DNA from: Octopus bimaculoides
Taxonomy: Eukaryota
Direction of reading: 5' to 3'
NCBI RefSeq assembly: GCF_001194135.2
Contig: NC_068990.1
Span: 78,363,498-78,427,497, forward strand
Length of the DNA stretch: 64,000 nt
Shown here: in pieces, positions 37,497 through 52,132 of the stretch
How positions within the stretch are numbered: the stretch's first letter is position 1
How the letters are laid out: every line of letters starts with the position of its first letter
Notes under the pieces: model-generated
Told to the model about the DNA's origin: nothing
The model's database searches: none
Seen by the model: the letters and a program-made list of their open reading frames with translations, nothing else
Made by a program: the position numbers and the translations under genes

Positions 37497-39727
37497 AATA
37501 ACAATCATTAGAAGAGCTTTGTCTAGAATTGCAAATATGAGAGAGTCATAATTTCTAAATATTGTAGCAGAGTATGTTTTGGTTGCTACAACTAAAGCCT
37601 CATCATGCAGTGATTCCAAAGACACCCTTGCCGACTCCATGTGAGGGTTTGGGTTCAGTGCTGCAAGCTACTTACAACAGAGTACTGTACTTTCTCATAA
37701 GCCTTATATAATTAAGCAACTTTAGACAAGAAAATCTAAGAGTATAATGCGATATTTGGGCATATGGGCCTTACAGTTAGTTGTCCTATTCACATATATG
37801 TCAACTATAACAGTCACATATACAACATCGAGTTTGGCACTGATTGCCTGGCACAAGTTGCACAAATATCATTTACCAATAAGATTTAATGCTTTCTCTC
37901 TCTCTTTTTTTTATTTTTGTTTTTTTTTCTTCTTTCTTTTAAAAAATCCCAGAGGCATAACATCTACAAAGCTGTCTACAAAGCTTAATTTTGCACTACT
38001 GGAGAGAAGATCAAAAACATACATTTATACTTAGTATCAACTAAATGAAAAAAAAGAAAATGACTAATTGCATGCATAACAGATGCACCTATTGAAGACC
38101 TGATCTAGAATCCTCAAAAAAGAAAATGCAGTTGCAAAAGATCTGCACATAACTATTCAATGAAGATGCAGTTAATGAAAGCCTGCATGGTTCTTCATTC
38201 AAGATGCAATAAATAAAAAAATCTTTTGAAAAAATGTAATTGAAATCTACAAACAAAATATGTTTGAGTTATTAATTTTGTGTGATTAAAGGTGTGTCAG
38301 GATGACCCCGTGGTAGGGTAACAGATCCTGTTGCAAAGATGTGAATGTATGGAGTGACCATACTGTCAAAATGTGAAGTGATCCAGTGCTGTAAAGGTAA
38401 GGTGATCAATTCTGAAAGACAGGGTGTAATCAAGTGATGAGGTAATCATCCAGCAATGATGTGATCTTGTAATGTGGTGAGCCATCAAGACACGAAGAGA
38501 TGAATCAATGATGTGTTGAAGTTGAATGACAAATAGGAGCAATGTTAATTGGTTTTGATGAAGTAGACAAGTTAGAGCCAAGAAAATAGTTCTCGAGAGA
38601 TAAAAGATTATGTTAATCTGTACAGAGGCAGCAGGGTGAGGAAAAAGAATGAGGAAAAGGACAAACCCAGGTCAACTTACAAAGTTGGAGGGAACATTGC
38701 ACAGAGTGAATAAATAGTGACAGAGACAATAAGAAACAGAAAGAAATATTCAGAAAGGTAAGCCGTTTCCAAAAAGAGGATAACTTCGAAGAGGAGAGAT
38801 GGCATACAACCCTTAGTGTAGGGGCTTAACAATAAGCAGCAAGCAAGGAAGGTTACTGCACTCAAACCAAAACCAACAACCCTCACCCCACTGCAATACT
38901 TATGAGATAAATAGAGCTAAAAACTGTTAAAGGTTTAAATTACTGGATCACAATGACTGACAATATTTAAAAAGAAAAATGATGTTATTGATAGATGTTC
39001 ATATCTTTGCAATTAAAATTTTATGAGAAACTGAAATAAATACAAATTTCAAATTGATTCAATACATCATGTCCACACACATGCTTTTATAAAAGTGTGC
39101 ACGCACACACATACACACGCACACACACACACACACAGTGCTGTTAGACATACATTCTGAAAACATGGAGCTTAAGTAAGACATTTACATTATTTTGAGA
39201 AAAAAAGTTAATAAACAAAAACAAGCAAGACAATTAATATAATCAGTAGGAAAGGCAATTAGTACAACATCAGCTTCACACTGAGCAGCAGCAGTAGCAG
39301 CAGCAGTCATGTTAGCAAACACTGCTATGTAGGAAATGCTCTAATTTAGCCAAAAACTTTAGCCATCTATTCTATAATACATTTTGTTTGTGAGTTGCCT
39401 TCTTTTTCACATGGAAAACACCAGAAAGCTAAGAGAGTCAAAGGGGGTTGGGCAAGTGGAAGAATGGACATAGAATCTAAAGGCAACCACAGCTTCCATC
39501 TTTAAGAATAATAAGCAACTTCAATTATATTTTTTTATGCTTTTCTTTCTTTTAAAAGATAATTTCCATGGGTCCCACCCCAGTTCAGAAACTAGTATGT
39601 TAGTTGTAGATAGAAGCCAAGAAGTTCAAGGCACAATAAAGTATCTTAGATGACTGGTAAGCAGGAATTGTTTCTGAGGTTTTAGAGAGAAATAGTAGTT
39701 ACAAAAGGGAAAAGGCAACACACTGAA

Positions 39728-39750
39728 TGTGTGTGTGTGCGTGTGCGTTA

Positions 39751-39825
<75 letters not shown>

Positions 39826-39855
39826 CATATAAGCACACATACACACACACACACA
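39728..39855. repeat. (TG)n-(TA)n-(CA)n compound microsatellite
   Basis: Directly visible. Confidence 0.95.
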
Positions 39856-40776
39856 GAAGCTTTAAATAAACCAACAAAAAACAAATAACAGGGTGTGAAA
39901 AAAAAGGGTGACTAAGGCCAACCAAATAAACAAAGAAACCAGGTAGAGTAATGGGTGCAGGTGTGAAATTATGTTTTTGGAGGGGATGAATGGGTAAAAT
40001 ATGAAAAAAGAGAACTAAGTTTTTCTCCTATCTTTTAATTTTTTCAGGCTATTATACAGAAATTACAGAGCAAGTGTAAGAATAATTGAATGAATATTTT
40101 ACATCAATGATAAAGATGGACAATCTTTTAAGAATGAAGTTTTCTAAACCTTACTCAAAATCATTCTCTCACTAACTCAAATCTGTATTTTAATATTAAT
40201 AAAGAGTTTTAGTATTATTTATTCATTATTAGCAGTACAAGGTTTATATCTTTTAACATAATAAAATAGAAATAAGCAACCTGACAGGTCTTCTACCAGC
40301 TCACATAATCTTGTTTTAATGTTATCCTAAGACACCCACTGAGCCTACATTTCCAAATGCTAGCCAGCAAGCAAAGGGCTTTAGCCTTCATCAAAAAGAC
40401 TCATTTCACTGTTGTCACCATTCAATACTCCCATTATGGTTTAATATCCATTTTATTAAATGGCTAGAGTTTATTTGGAACCTTTTTTAGGACATTTTCC
40501 ATCCAGGCTCCTATTTTGACTAGAATCCTTTCTGGTGTAGAAATAGAAATTACATTTCACACAATTGGCCACACTGGATGGGAAAAAATCTGCTTCCTTT
40601 CATATAATGAAATGCAGGAATAGCGATAATGCTAAAATATACTTTGATTAGTTACTTAACTACTCGTGACAAGTCCTACAGGTCAGTTTGAACCTGAAAT
40701 ACTTGACTTAAACGTTTGACAATTTCAAAAGAAAGATACATTTAATAAGCATTTAATAACTATCTATCTATCTATC

Positions 40777-40821
<45 letters not shown>

Positions 40822-42519
40822 AGGCCATTCTTATAAGTTGATAGTAAATCCTTTACATTTAAGGTCTCTATATCTTTAAAAATTCACCCAAATTCAAACC
40901 ATTTAAACAGGTTCCATTGTAAATTTCCATGTCATCAAAATCAAGGGATACTAACCAACAGGAAACAAGACTAGTGATTAAACTTAAAATGTTATATAAT
41001 TGGCCAATAAGGGTTGCCATATTTGCTGGTATCATATAGATGTACTCTTGCATAAGACACCCCTATTTTACAAAAATATTTTGTGAAAGAGAAGGGAAAA
41101 ACCCCAACAAATTTACTGTTTCGTCCAATACTTATTGAAAGATATTTTATAGTTATTTTGTAAGGGAAAATATATCTGATTCTTTGCAATACTGTGACAG
41201 TAAACTGGAATAAGGTATGAAACCATACATTTATCATATATAAACTATGTTATTTGAGTATTATGCTTAAATTTTATCTTCTTTCAGATCAACTGTTCAG
41301 TTGTTTATATTTTGGTCAAGATAATTGCCATACAGGATATAAAACTTATATATTTTTGGCTGCGATGTTTTATGTTAGTAGGATCAGTCACCAGGGTGGT
41401 TCACCACTGCTATCATTATTATTATTATTTTTTTTTTTTGTTGTCATCCACTCATTGCTAATAGCTGACAGCTAGATGAAGGCTTGTTAAAGATAGTCAT
41501 TAAAGATTGTAAAGCACATATCAGATGTGGATTATGTTTGCTGGGGAAGGCAGTATAATTAAATGATGTGACCTCTCTACACATAACTGCTCACATACCA
41601 TAAGCAATATTTTGTAAGTTTGTGTAAATAGTCTGTGATATTTAGGTTTATTTTCAATAATTTATTATTTGTAACAATTGTTGTGCTTAGTGGACTCATG
41701 CTAATCCAGCTCCTTACAACACTCACTTTCCCATCCATAATATGGATGCAGAATAAACATTTTGCTACATTTAAAAGTAAAGCAAAGCACAACTTATATG
41801 CTGGCAAAAACATTACTTGTAAAGAGTAACGTTTGTCATGTCTGACTTCAAACTGATCCATGAATTATGTGTGATTAAAATAACCAATTTGCTAATTCAT
41901 TAGGGATGGACAAACACAATCTTTTAGAGAAATTTCTGGTTTTTGAGGAAATTTTCTAATTTAGATGTATTCTTGCTGAAGAAACTGATCTCTAAATTTT
42001 AAAGAGATTCCTAATTATTTAGATAATCTATATAACAATCCTTTAAACATCCACCTTCTAAATAATGCATGTAAGATTTAATTAAATCAATTAATTAGTA
42101 CTGCAGCGAGGAGCAATCTGCCCTTATCCTTAAAGCTTAGATATTACCAATATTTAAAGAGACCATGCCTTCAGTTGAGGTCTACAATCCTGAGTTATAA
42201 ATTATTCACACTTAAATCAGTACCAACTAACTTTACTTATAACTGACCCCTTATAATTAAAAGATAAGGAATCAAAATGACAAAAGTAAGATTAAAAAAA
42301 AAAAAAAAGAAATAAGACAAATGAAAACTGGAATGAAGTAAAAAAAACCCCAAAGAAATGATTTCACAATAAAATAAGATTAAAATTAACTGGAAGTCAA
42401 ACTTTCCATTAAATAATAAAAACGTAGCTAAAGGGAGAAAGGTTTAAGAGTCTACAGTGCAATATCTTACTGTCTTTTATCTCAGTAGGGTTGGTCATTT
42501 AAATATTTGTAATTGTTCA

Positions 42520-42715
42520 GTTATCCAGGACAGCAAGGAGATCAAAATGTGTTTCAGCCATGAACATTCTGTCTGTATGTCCCTCTCTCTCACCACAGAT
42601 GCTCAATGTGTCCATCCTTTTTAAAACAGTAGGATGTTGAGAGATCTGACTATTATTTATAACAGGTCAGGCGACTACATATAGGTTTCTTTTGCTGGCT
42701 CAACAGGTACTGAAC
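42520..42715 (-). mobile_element. Degenerate reversed copy of the (AAC)-tailed SINE-like family
   Basis: ttcagccatga..gtgtccatcctttttaaaacagtaggatg..gagagatctgactattattt..caggtc is the reverse complement of blocks at 13355-13878. Confidence 0.5.
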
Positions 42716-42817
42716 TCCCTACCATGGTCAGACTACCTCTATTTATATGTCTTGGGCGATCCTACTTCGTCGCTTGGGGGCGTCGACACAACATATACAT
42801 AAATATATACATATATA

Positions 42818-42959
42818 TCATCATCATCATCGTTTAACGTCCGCTTTCCATGCTAGCATGGGTTGGACGATTTGACTGAGGACTGGTGAAACCGGATGGC
42901 AGAGTTTCTACAGCTGGATGCCCTTCCTAACGCCAACCACTCAGAGAGTGTAGTGGGTG

Positions 42960-42964
<5 letters not shown>
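42818..42964 (-). mobile_element. Young-looking RTE tail fragment inserted in a (TA)n tract
   Basis: (CAT)n-cgtttaacgtccgctttccatgctagcatgggttggacg...ctggatgcccttcctaacgccaaccactcagagagtgtagtgggtgcttt; CpGs retained. Confidence 0.92.
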
Positions 42965-43010
<46 letters not shown>

Positions 43011-44562
43011 TATATACTTTTATATATACATAAATACACATACACACATATATATATATTTGAAAATTAATGAGAAATATGTTTGTGTCTAGCTTAATTA
43101 GAAAATTGCACTCTTCATGCTTTTTGCAAACACCCAACTCTGATTGTAGTAACCGAACTGAAAGAATTCCACTGAAAATTGAAACTAAGCCCAGGCCTAG
43201 GATTGACAACAAAAACAAAACTTATAGTCATGCATTATAAAAATTTACTTATGAACTAAGCTTTTGAAGGAAAATAAGGTAAATTAGCTCCAGAATATTA
43301 AGGATAATTATCAATTTCTGAAGGAGAATGTTGATATGGGTAAGATTTGTACTCTAACTTTACAAAGGATGACATTAAATACTGTATTTATTTTACTCTT
43401 GTAACCTAGTACCTTGGTCATTTCCATTACCAAATGTCTATCAATAACAACAATAATGTTTTCTTACTTAGGCATACATTACAGGAAGGAAATTAGATTC
43501 AGTGACATTCATGCCTTCGTAGAAAGCATGAAGGACTTAAGTGAACTGGTTTTGACTAGAAATTAAACCAGATTACATAATCAACAAACTGCGAGTTCAC
43601 TTCATCTTCAATGACATCTCCATTAAATCTTTCACAGTGTATTTTTAAGCAAGATTTAGTGAAATTAAAAAATGAAAAGGGAAGCATTATTTTATGCCTA
43701 GAAATGGAGGAAAAGAAAAAATAAATTATTAAAAATAAGTAGCAAGAATAAACTGTGGTTGAATCCTTAAACTAATCCTCATTCTACAAATCCTGGATTA
43801 CATAGCATATCATCTAGAAATGTTACCTGTGAAAGACTGATCCAGGTAGAGATTTCTCTCATCTGACTGACACCAATTTCCAAAAGCCCCTAGTATCAAC
43901 AAAAATATAGACCTCTTCCTTAGATTTGTGTATCAGTCATTTACAACCAGGCTAGAAAAATGTGGGGAAAGATCATATGGATTTAGCACTATTTATTAAA
44001 ATACTCAGTGAACTTTGAAAAGGACCCTTCATTTTACATCTGGCCAATAAGCCTACTTATATTACAATGAAATCATAGATATTTCTTGGAGATATCTTCG
44101 TATTTATGGTGCTTAATAAAACAGGTAACAATATTTATAGCAAGGATTTAAAGTAATCAATTATATACACACTGTTACTTGATTCCTAGATTACATAACA
44201 TGGCTTGCTACCTAATTACCTAATTAATAAAGATATTTATCAATAAAGAGTTCCTATGCAGTTTAGTACATGATTTGTCTTGCCAGCTCATTCCATGATT
44301 CCTTCTCGCTTCTCAGTACAACAGGAAGTGAGTGAAACCGTTACCTGCTTGCTTTATCATTTTTTCATGTATTTATCTGTATATTAAAAAAACGAAACAG
44401 TAGACAAATTCAAAAACAGGGGTAGGGTGGGGGAAAAAGCAAAAAACCTCTATATAATCCCTTTTAATACTGAATAATTTATAATGTTCATGTGGGTAAT
44501 GAACACAAGAGTCATAAGTTCAAACCTGGTTTCAGCTATTTTGTGCTCCTTCAAGTCATTAA

Positions 44563-44781
44563 CCCTTTTGTTACTGTACCTATTTTGAGATGCTCTGTGT
44601 TTCTTTCAACTAATTTTTAAATATAACAAAGAATTTAGTAAAATAGCTTCGTTTATTATTAAGCTAGTGTCAGGAGCATAAATTGTGACTAAGGTGGTAG
44701 ATTTTAATTCAAAACTTATGAAATCAAGACATTTGTACTACAGAGCCAGGGGCGGTTTCAGCCAGGTTGGTATCGGAAGGG
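44563..44781. mobile_element. piggyBac-like MITE (219 bp) with TTAA TSDs
   Basis: TTAA|cccttttgttac ... ggtatcggaaggg|TTAA; TTAA at 44559-62 and 44782-85. Confidence 0.82.
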
Positions 44782-46096
44782 TTAATATCATTCTGTTTGG
44801 GTTTAACTTAACTGGGTGGGGTGGAACAATGACGATGACGACTAGGCAGGGATTTAACTGAAAGTATAGGGATTGGGGTGGGGAGAAACATTTTTAAAAA
44901 AACCTCCAAATTTGTAAAATTCATTCTTTTATAAATAATGAATTTGAAACTGAACAAAAAATGAAAATGAAATGAAATGAAAATCTGCTTATTAAGAGAA
45001 TTAATGAGAGAAGAAGCAGGGAAACTATTTAAATAACATTGTAGAAGAATGACTGAGATAGAAATGTTAGGGAGAGGAGGAAGCAATTATTTCTATAATT
45101 CTGTGAGACAGGGAAGGGAGCAAGAGAGAATAAATAAGAAATACCCTGCAAAATAAAAAGAAAATAAAAATAATTATTTGCATGCATTGGACAACAATTT
45201 ACTATTAAAGGTGTGTTTAATAAAAAAAAGAAGAAAAAAAAAACAAAAGGAAAATAATTGAATATAAAAACAAGCAATGCACTTGAAAGATTGTTTGGGT
45301 GGTGGATTGTGAGGGAGCGCAGCAGAGAGCTGGGGGGGGGGGGGAGGTTCACTAAAGGTTCATGATGATAATGATTTCTTTCTTGATTTGGCAGGCACAA
45401 AGCCATTTTGTAAAAAGAGAAACAAATTTCGTCAAATGATTCAGATTAGAGTATATTACTGGTATCAATTCTATTGACACTGGAGAGACTTAATGGCATC
45501 ATTTGACATCAGAATTAGCAGACAACAGGTTAATTATCAGAAAACAGGTATTTAGCATCTGATAAGATTATTAAGAATTTGTATGTCTATGAGTTGGGCT
45601 TTTGTTGAGATCTTAAAAGAATGGTTGTAGACTTGACCAGGAGAAGTTATATCAATAACATATCATATGTTACTTAATGGCAGGCCCTGTTGGAACTCTT
45701 TCAAGTCTGTCATTAAGAAAAATCTAAAACCTCACACTAGTCAAAGAAAATCCTCAAATTCCATGTGCCCACAGCTGCTCCAGTTTGTAATAAAGGGTAA
45801 GAAACAATCCGGTGTCAATAAGAACATTAGCCAGCAATAATACTTTTTGAAGCAATTTCATTGACTTGATCTACACGAGAAGAGTGAAAATATGGATGCC
45901 TGAGAAAGAAACCATTATTCATAGTCTAATTACCATGGTGACTAAACACCAGCGTGCTACTTTTATTCACCACAGTTTTAGTTTTCATTAGTATCATCTT
46001 TCAGTGATCAGATGGTGTTGGTGTGTGGAGTTAGATGGACATGAGTCTACTGGTAAAAATATTCCATGATGCAACTAATACCAAGATGTCAAGGAT

Positions 46097-46159
46097 ATAT
46101 ATACATATACATACACACACACATTATATATATAATATATATATATATATTATATATAT

Positions 46160-46245
<86 letters not shown>

Positions 46246-46270
46246 TTGCACACATCCATACACACACACA
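46097..46270. repeat. (TA)n/(CA)n compound microsatellite
   Basis: Directly visible. Confidence 0.95.
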
Positions 46271-46560
46271 TATGTACATATGTTGTATAAATGAAAAGGA
46301 AAAAAAGGGTGGTGAAACTCATGCATGATGTATGAAAAGGGTTGGAACCACTCAAACTCTTCAATATCTTTAACTTATGCAAGTGATGTCAGCATGTCAT
46401 CATTAGTTTTGCTATGAAAGTCTAGGATGAGGGATGATGATAGCAATATGGCTACTTAACAGTGATTTGATTTCAATATGCTTTACATTTACTGATTTCT
46501 ATTGGAACACTAGAAATGATCCAATTAGACATGTGTAGCTACTTCTAAAGCAGTGTTTAA

Positions 46561-46780
46561 CCCTTTAGCGTTCAGATTGCTCTGTCAAATGTAATGCTTA
46601 TCTATTCACATTGTTTTGAATTAATCATGCATTATTATCTCATAGCTTTGAGATTTCTATGATGTGATTGTTTATTTTCAGAATGATAGAATAGGTATGA
46701 GAGGCCAGATATAGCCAGTCTAGACATGAAACACAGATAGAGTATCAGGGCCAGATATGGCCAATTGAAATGCTACGCGA
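46561..46780. mobile_element. piggyBac-like MITE (about 220 bp), right TIR decayed
   Basis: TTAA|ccctttagcgtt ... aatgctacgcga|ttag (expected aatgctaaaggg|TTAA). Confidence 0.65.
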
Positions 46781-47716
46781 TTAGTGCTGTCTAGACATTA
46801 ATTCATACACACGTGTGTATGTGTGTAGATGAGAATATTTGCATCATGTATATGTTAATGTATAAATGTATGTGTGTACTTCACTGTTTTTGGTTCCTCG
46901 TTCTTCTTACTCTCTCAAAGACATTTGTGAGGAATGGCACATGGTGATTGTCATTTTAGGGTTGTGCAGCTGTTTTACGTCTTCACTGACTTGCTGTTTC
47001 TGATTTACAGAACTGGTGCAACAACAAGTTTTCAATATTCTAGTTTCTGTTTCATCATTGAGAAAGGCAAAACCATTTTTTATTGCAGTATATCTGAGAT
47101 ATGGCTGATTATGAAATTGTTGCTGTTTGCAGAGATTAGGATCAGAAATAAATAAGAAGAATATTCACTTTTGTCAAGATAAATAGTTTATGCTAGCCTC
47201 ACTGGCAAAGAGAAGAAAAAAATCAGAAAACCTATTGAAAAGTGGAACTCATAGCTGTATCTAAATGACAAGTAAAATGAAGGATGTTATATGTAATCTA
47301 GAACTATGATGCTGGCATAGAACACAAAAGATCCTGTAACATATTGCTCTTGTGATACAGTAGAAGTAGGGAAGGAGGATTAAAAAAACTGATGCCCTAA
47401 GTACAGCTCAACAATGGTGCCTTCTTGAATCTTCTACTGAATAACTGATAACACACATAAAGACATAAGTTTTGAATATAATAGAATTGATTAAAAATTC
47501 CATTTTCTTCCAGACCATCTCCCAAGTCAGATCCTATAACTATATTAAATACAACCTATTATTTTTATACTAAATAGCAGCACTAGAAAAATTTGTGTGG
47601 TGCCCTAAACATGTATTATTTAATGGTTAATCTGGCAGAGGGGTTTGTATGTTATGTTTTTAGTACCAAATATGAATGTATAGTTTTTTTTCTTTCATAC
47701 ATGTAGACTTATTTGA

Positions 47717-47717
47717 A

Positions 47718-47750
<33 letters not shown>

Positions 47751-47751
47751 A

Positions 47752-47806
<55 letters not shown>

Positions 47807-47824
47807 AAGAGAGAGAGAGAGAGA
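47717..47824. repeat. (GA)n microsatellite
   Basis: Directly visible. Confidence 0.97.
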
Positions 47825-50800
47825 GTAGCGTCTGCTGATGGTGGCAGGTAATGTTAAGTAAGATCATCGTTAGTCAATGGAACTAAATAACTATCAGGAT
47901 TTATAAGAGAGTTCTTAGAATAGCTTTGGTGCGAAATGAAGTAGAACCAAACTGATGCCATTCGTCTTCATCCAGTTTGGTGCTAGAGCTCATTTCAAAT
48001 CTAACAGTTCAAATCCTAGCTGAGGTGAATTGCTTTAATTTTACATTTCCAGGGAAGGACAAAACTAAATACTTCTATTGGAAAAGACTGATGTAGACAA
48101 ACCTCTGATCCAAAGAAATTGCCAAGTGTTGGAGTGGCAACAAGTTTCCACACAAATATATCTCAAACTAGGTAGATTTTTCTTTTTATTGTATAATTAT
48201 GAGAAAGAAATGAAATCTCTAATTAGAAGTGATGTGGATTTTATTTTGCCTTGAAGGGGTACCTTTAGATTTACATCATCAAGAGAATAACAAAACAACC
48301 CCCTGACAGCACATAAGAAAATGTGTGTGTATATGTTTATTTAGATAGACAAACACTTGGAATGTCTCTACATTGGTTGTTCTAAGTGATGCTTATAGTA
48401 AAAGCATGACTGGATGTATAGGAAAGTATATAAATAACTTCACACTGATAAGCAGAGTTTGTGACATGGTCAACTAATTTACATACTTCAGCGTCTGCGT
48501 AGTTTGCTTTGCACTTAATGCATTTGACTTTGTCATTCATTTGTTGGATTGTATATTGTGATGTGAATGTGAGTATATTTAATTCAGTAGTTATGAATGC
48601 GGAAATATGAATGCAGAAATGCTACATACTTTGACAGGAATTTCTTTTGTTAACAGGGTAAGTGAGTCCCCTTCCTACACACACACACACACATGTAAAA
48701 GAGAGATACAGACTCTTACATAAACACACACTAAAACAGAACTTGTCTTTGTATATTTTATGAAACTAGTAAATTTAAAATGTAATAGAGAGAGAGAATA
48801 AGAATGATACAAAATAATTTGTTTATAGTTTAGTTGCTTGTTTTGCAGGATTTGAAAAATTTGTTTTTGACAATTTGATTATGGTTCTATAAAATCTGCC
48901 AGTTCTTGGTTAAAGTAGATGTAAATACTCAGAGAAGTAGATTTATTAGAGATTCTAGTTGAAACAAATGATTGCCTTCCCTATATTTTGGCTATAAACT
49001 TTTTATTTCCTTAAGTTTCAAAGCTAATGAAAATTTAAAACCCATTTTCTTTTTTTATATAATATTTATACTTTTACTTATAAAATTGTGTTAGCTGTAT
49101 CTCTAAGAGGAAAAATTGCTTTTTTTTTTTTTTGTCATCTCTAGATTTCCCTGCCTTTGAAAGGTATTTAATGTATTGTTTTAGTTAATCAGAGTCTATA
49201 TTTTGTTTATATTCTAAAATACTATCACTCTACTTTATTTAAAAATAAAAATATATTGAAAAGCTCAAAAAAAAAATCTAAAGATTGTTTCTGTCTGAAT
49301 ATGTCTGTGTACAGGGATGTCTGAGTCATAATATTTCTGTTGTATGTAATTGTAACTGTTAGCATAACGATATTCATGTGAAATGGTTGTAATGTTTGTT
49401 GGTTGGGCAAGGAGCAGAAAATAGGCATCTGAAAAATCTTCAGGAAACGAACTAAAATGAAGGTCAACACAACAAATAGTCAAATATTCTAATCATAAAA
49501 GAATCAGAGGAAGAATTCTTGACTATTTGAGAAAAGAAAGAAAAAAAAAAAACTCAAGGAAAAAAGAAAAGAAACAAAAATACAGTGAAAAATCTTTAAA
49601 GCTAACATTGGGTTGTAAAGGGTGAGGGCCATAGGAAGGATGAGGACAAAGATTTAATTTCTAGATCATTAAGCCAATTAACTCTTTTATCATTTTTTTT
49701 TTCTTTTTTACTTTTATAATTTGAAAGAAGACTTTTTTTTAAAACCTAATTTCTTAACAATTTGATTGAGTGGTGTAGCCATTAGGACACATTTTGGTCT
49801 ACACAACAAGTGTTTCTAGAACATCAGGTGTGCTTTGATAGCTGTCTGCTACAGTGGAATAGTTTTTGCAGCTACATGCAGTGGAATTACCCTTTCAATC
49901 TCTGCTTGCACAGCCATATTGTGTTGGTTGAGATCTCAGCCGGTGGCGTTTGTCTCATGCTCCGAATTGCGCCTCAGTTTTTGCTTTGCCTTTTTGTTCT
50001 TTTTGTGAATTTCTTTCAGGCTCTTTCTTTGTTTTTTGTTTTTTTAAAAATTTTTATTTTGTTTTCTTGATAGTCAACTCATCCACACATGAAGGAGGAA
50101 CAGCATCGAGAAGAATCCCCAGAGCGTAGTGTTGGTAGCAGCGAATGCCGTCTTTGTCAAGATGGTAGAATGTCGCACACTCCTGTCTAGAGAAATCTTC
50201 ATCCAGTCTCCCAAACAGAAAGAAATCTTCAACCAATCTCCCATGCTTAAGATGGCCAGGCATGTCTACTCTTATGGCACAACAACATTGAGGAAAGAGA
50301 GAGAGAGAGAGAGACAGACAGAGAGAGAGAGACAGACAGAGAGAGAGAGAGAAAGGAAGTGTTGGGTGTGTATGTGTTAGTGATTGTCTAATTTTCCATA
50401 GTGCTCAATGAGAAATATCATGTGTATGTATGAAAGTGCATATATGTAACTATGAATGTTAGTGCACAAGTGTGCATGTATGCCTGTGTATTTATGTACA
50501 GTCTGACAGCTTCTGCCATGAAGAGTACTGAGCTGAACATCCCCAGCCAATCTAGAGTTAAAACACACACAACCATTCATACTCTGTCGGCTATTCAAAG
50601 TTAACTAAGCTTAATGTATAGGAAGAGCCCGTTCAAATGTAGCAATTTGTTAATAGTTTTAATGAAGCTTCTGCTGTCCGGTTTAATATCAAAAGGATTT
50701 CTGAAATAAGCATTTTGCATTCAGTATGACCACTTCTTGTCAGCATATTTATCACAAAATGAATGGCAATCAAGAAAAGTGACAGATGTTGAATTTTATT

Positions 50801-51935
50801 GGTTTCCAAATCTCATGAAAAGTGTTTAATAATTGTTTGGATTAAGTTGATATGTAATTGGTGATGGTTAACAAAGAATAACTAAACCTAACTTAAATTC
50901 TAATTTTGCAATGATGTAGAAGGTTTGGTAGAGACTATTAATATCATTATTTTTTTTAATATTAAAGAATATCAAAATAATTTACAATATCGAGAAATCC
51001 TCATATTGCAGGAGAAATAAATGATATTCTCTTGTTAAATAAACTTTGTAATAAAAATTTGTTTAACAAATAAATTCTAGAGGAGCCTAAAAACCGAAGG
51101 AACCTGAATCATGAAAGATTTCAAAAAATGGTAGGTTTCAAGAATAATATTTCTGCAGTGACTTAGCAATAAAACCAGTGGCAACAGAATAAGCCAAAGG
51201 TAAGTTCAGTTTTGTGTAGAAATTAGCTGATGGAATTTTTTTATCAGTTCAGCCACAACAAACCATAAGAAAATTCTACAGATTTTCACCAGACATTTTT
51301 TTTTTTTTTTACATTAAAGCAACAACAACACTATTGCAGGAAACTAATGTGACTATCACGGCCAGACAAGTTCTTAGACAACAATCTAGCATTGTGCATT
51401 TATACACAAAGTTCTAGTTGGCTGCTACTTCCACAACTAAAGAATTTTAGATAATTTTTTTCTTTTATTTTTTTTTTCAGACTGATAATTTTGTTAACAT
51501 TTAGATAAATGTAATTGAGCATGACAATATTGAGCATAGGATATAATTAAATGGAATATTTTAAAATAAAACAGTTACAAGTGATGCTGCTGTGTTCTAT
51601 CAATCTAGTTTCATTCTCTGACTGTTCAGAATTTTTTTTACTGACTTAGAAAAATAAGCAAAATCCTAAAGGATCTGGCATTTTTCAGTAAAGTGTTCAC
51701 ATCTTTTGATGAAGTGACTCAAAGTTTACCTGGATTTCAATAGCAAAGAATTCTTTGCTAGTTTTGTAAGTATAAAACATTTTTCTTTTTTAATTCAAAA
51801 GCATTCATGTTTGAAAAAAATAAGGTAATATTATAGATTTAACACAACCATATTATATTTTTCTTTTAATCCTAAAGCTACATTAAACTTAAAAGAGACA
51901 CGCATCTGTATTTGTGTGCATGCATATAAGCATGA

Positions 51936-51975
<40 letters not shown>

Positions 51976-52087
51976 CAATTAGTTCAGCAAGCTGAAATTT
52001 CTTACAAATTTTACTGATAACTGCTTTCACCATAAGAATGGACTGAGTTTTAATAATCTGAACTAAGAACAATTGATAAAATTGTAT

Positions 52088-52132
<45 letters not shown>

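Noticed and set aside
44317-44327. Plus-strand 11-nt microexon-like signal (cttctcgcttctcag|TACAACAGGAA|gtgagt)
   Set aside because: Wrong strand for the host gene and no antisense gene is supported.
51741-51760. Perfect 20-bp palindrome tagcaaagaattctttgcta (also short palindromes near 14144 and a 17-bp tandem duplication at 60448-60481)
   Set aside because: Isolated and short, with no context suggesting function.
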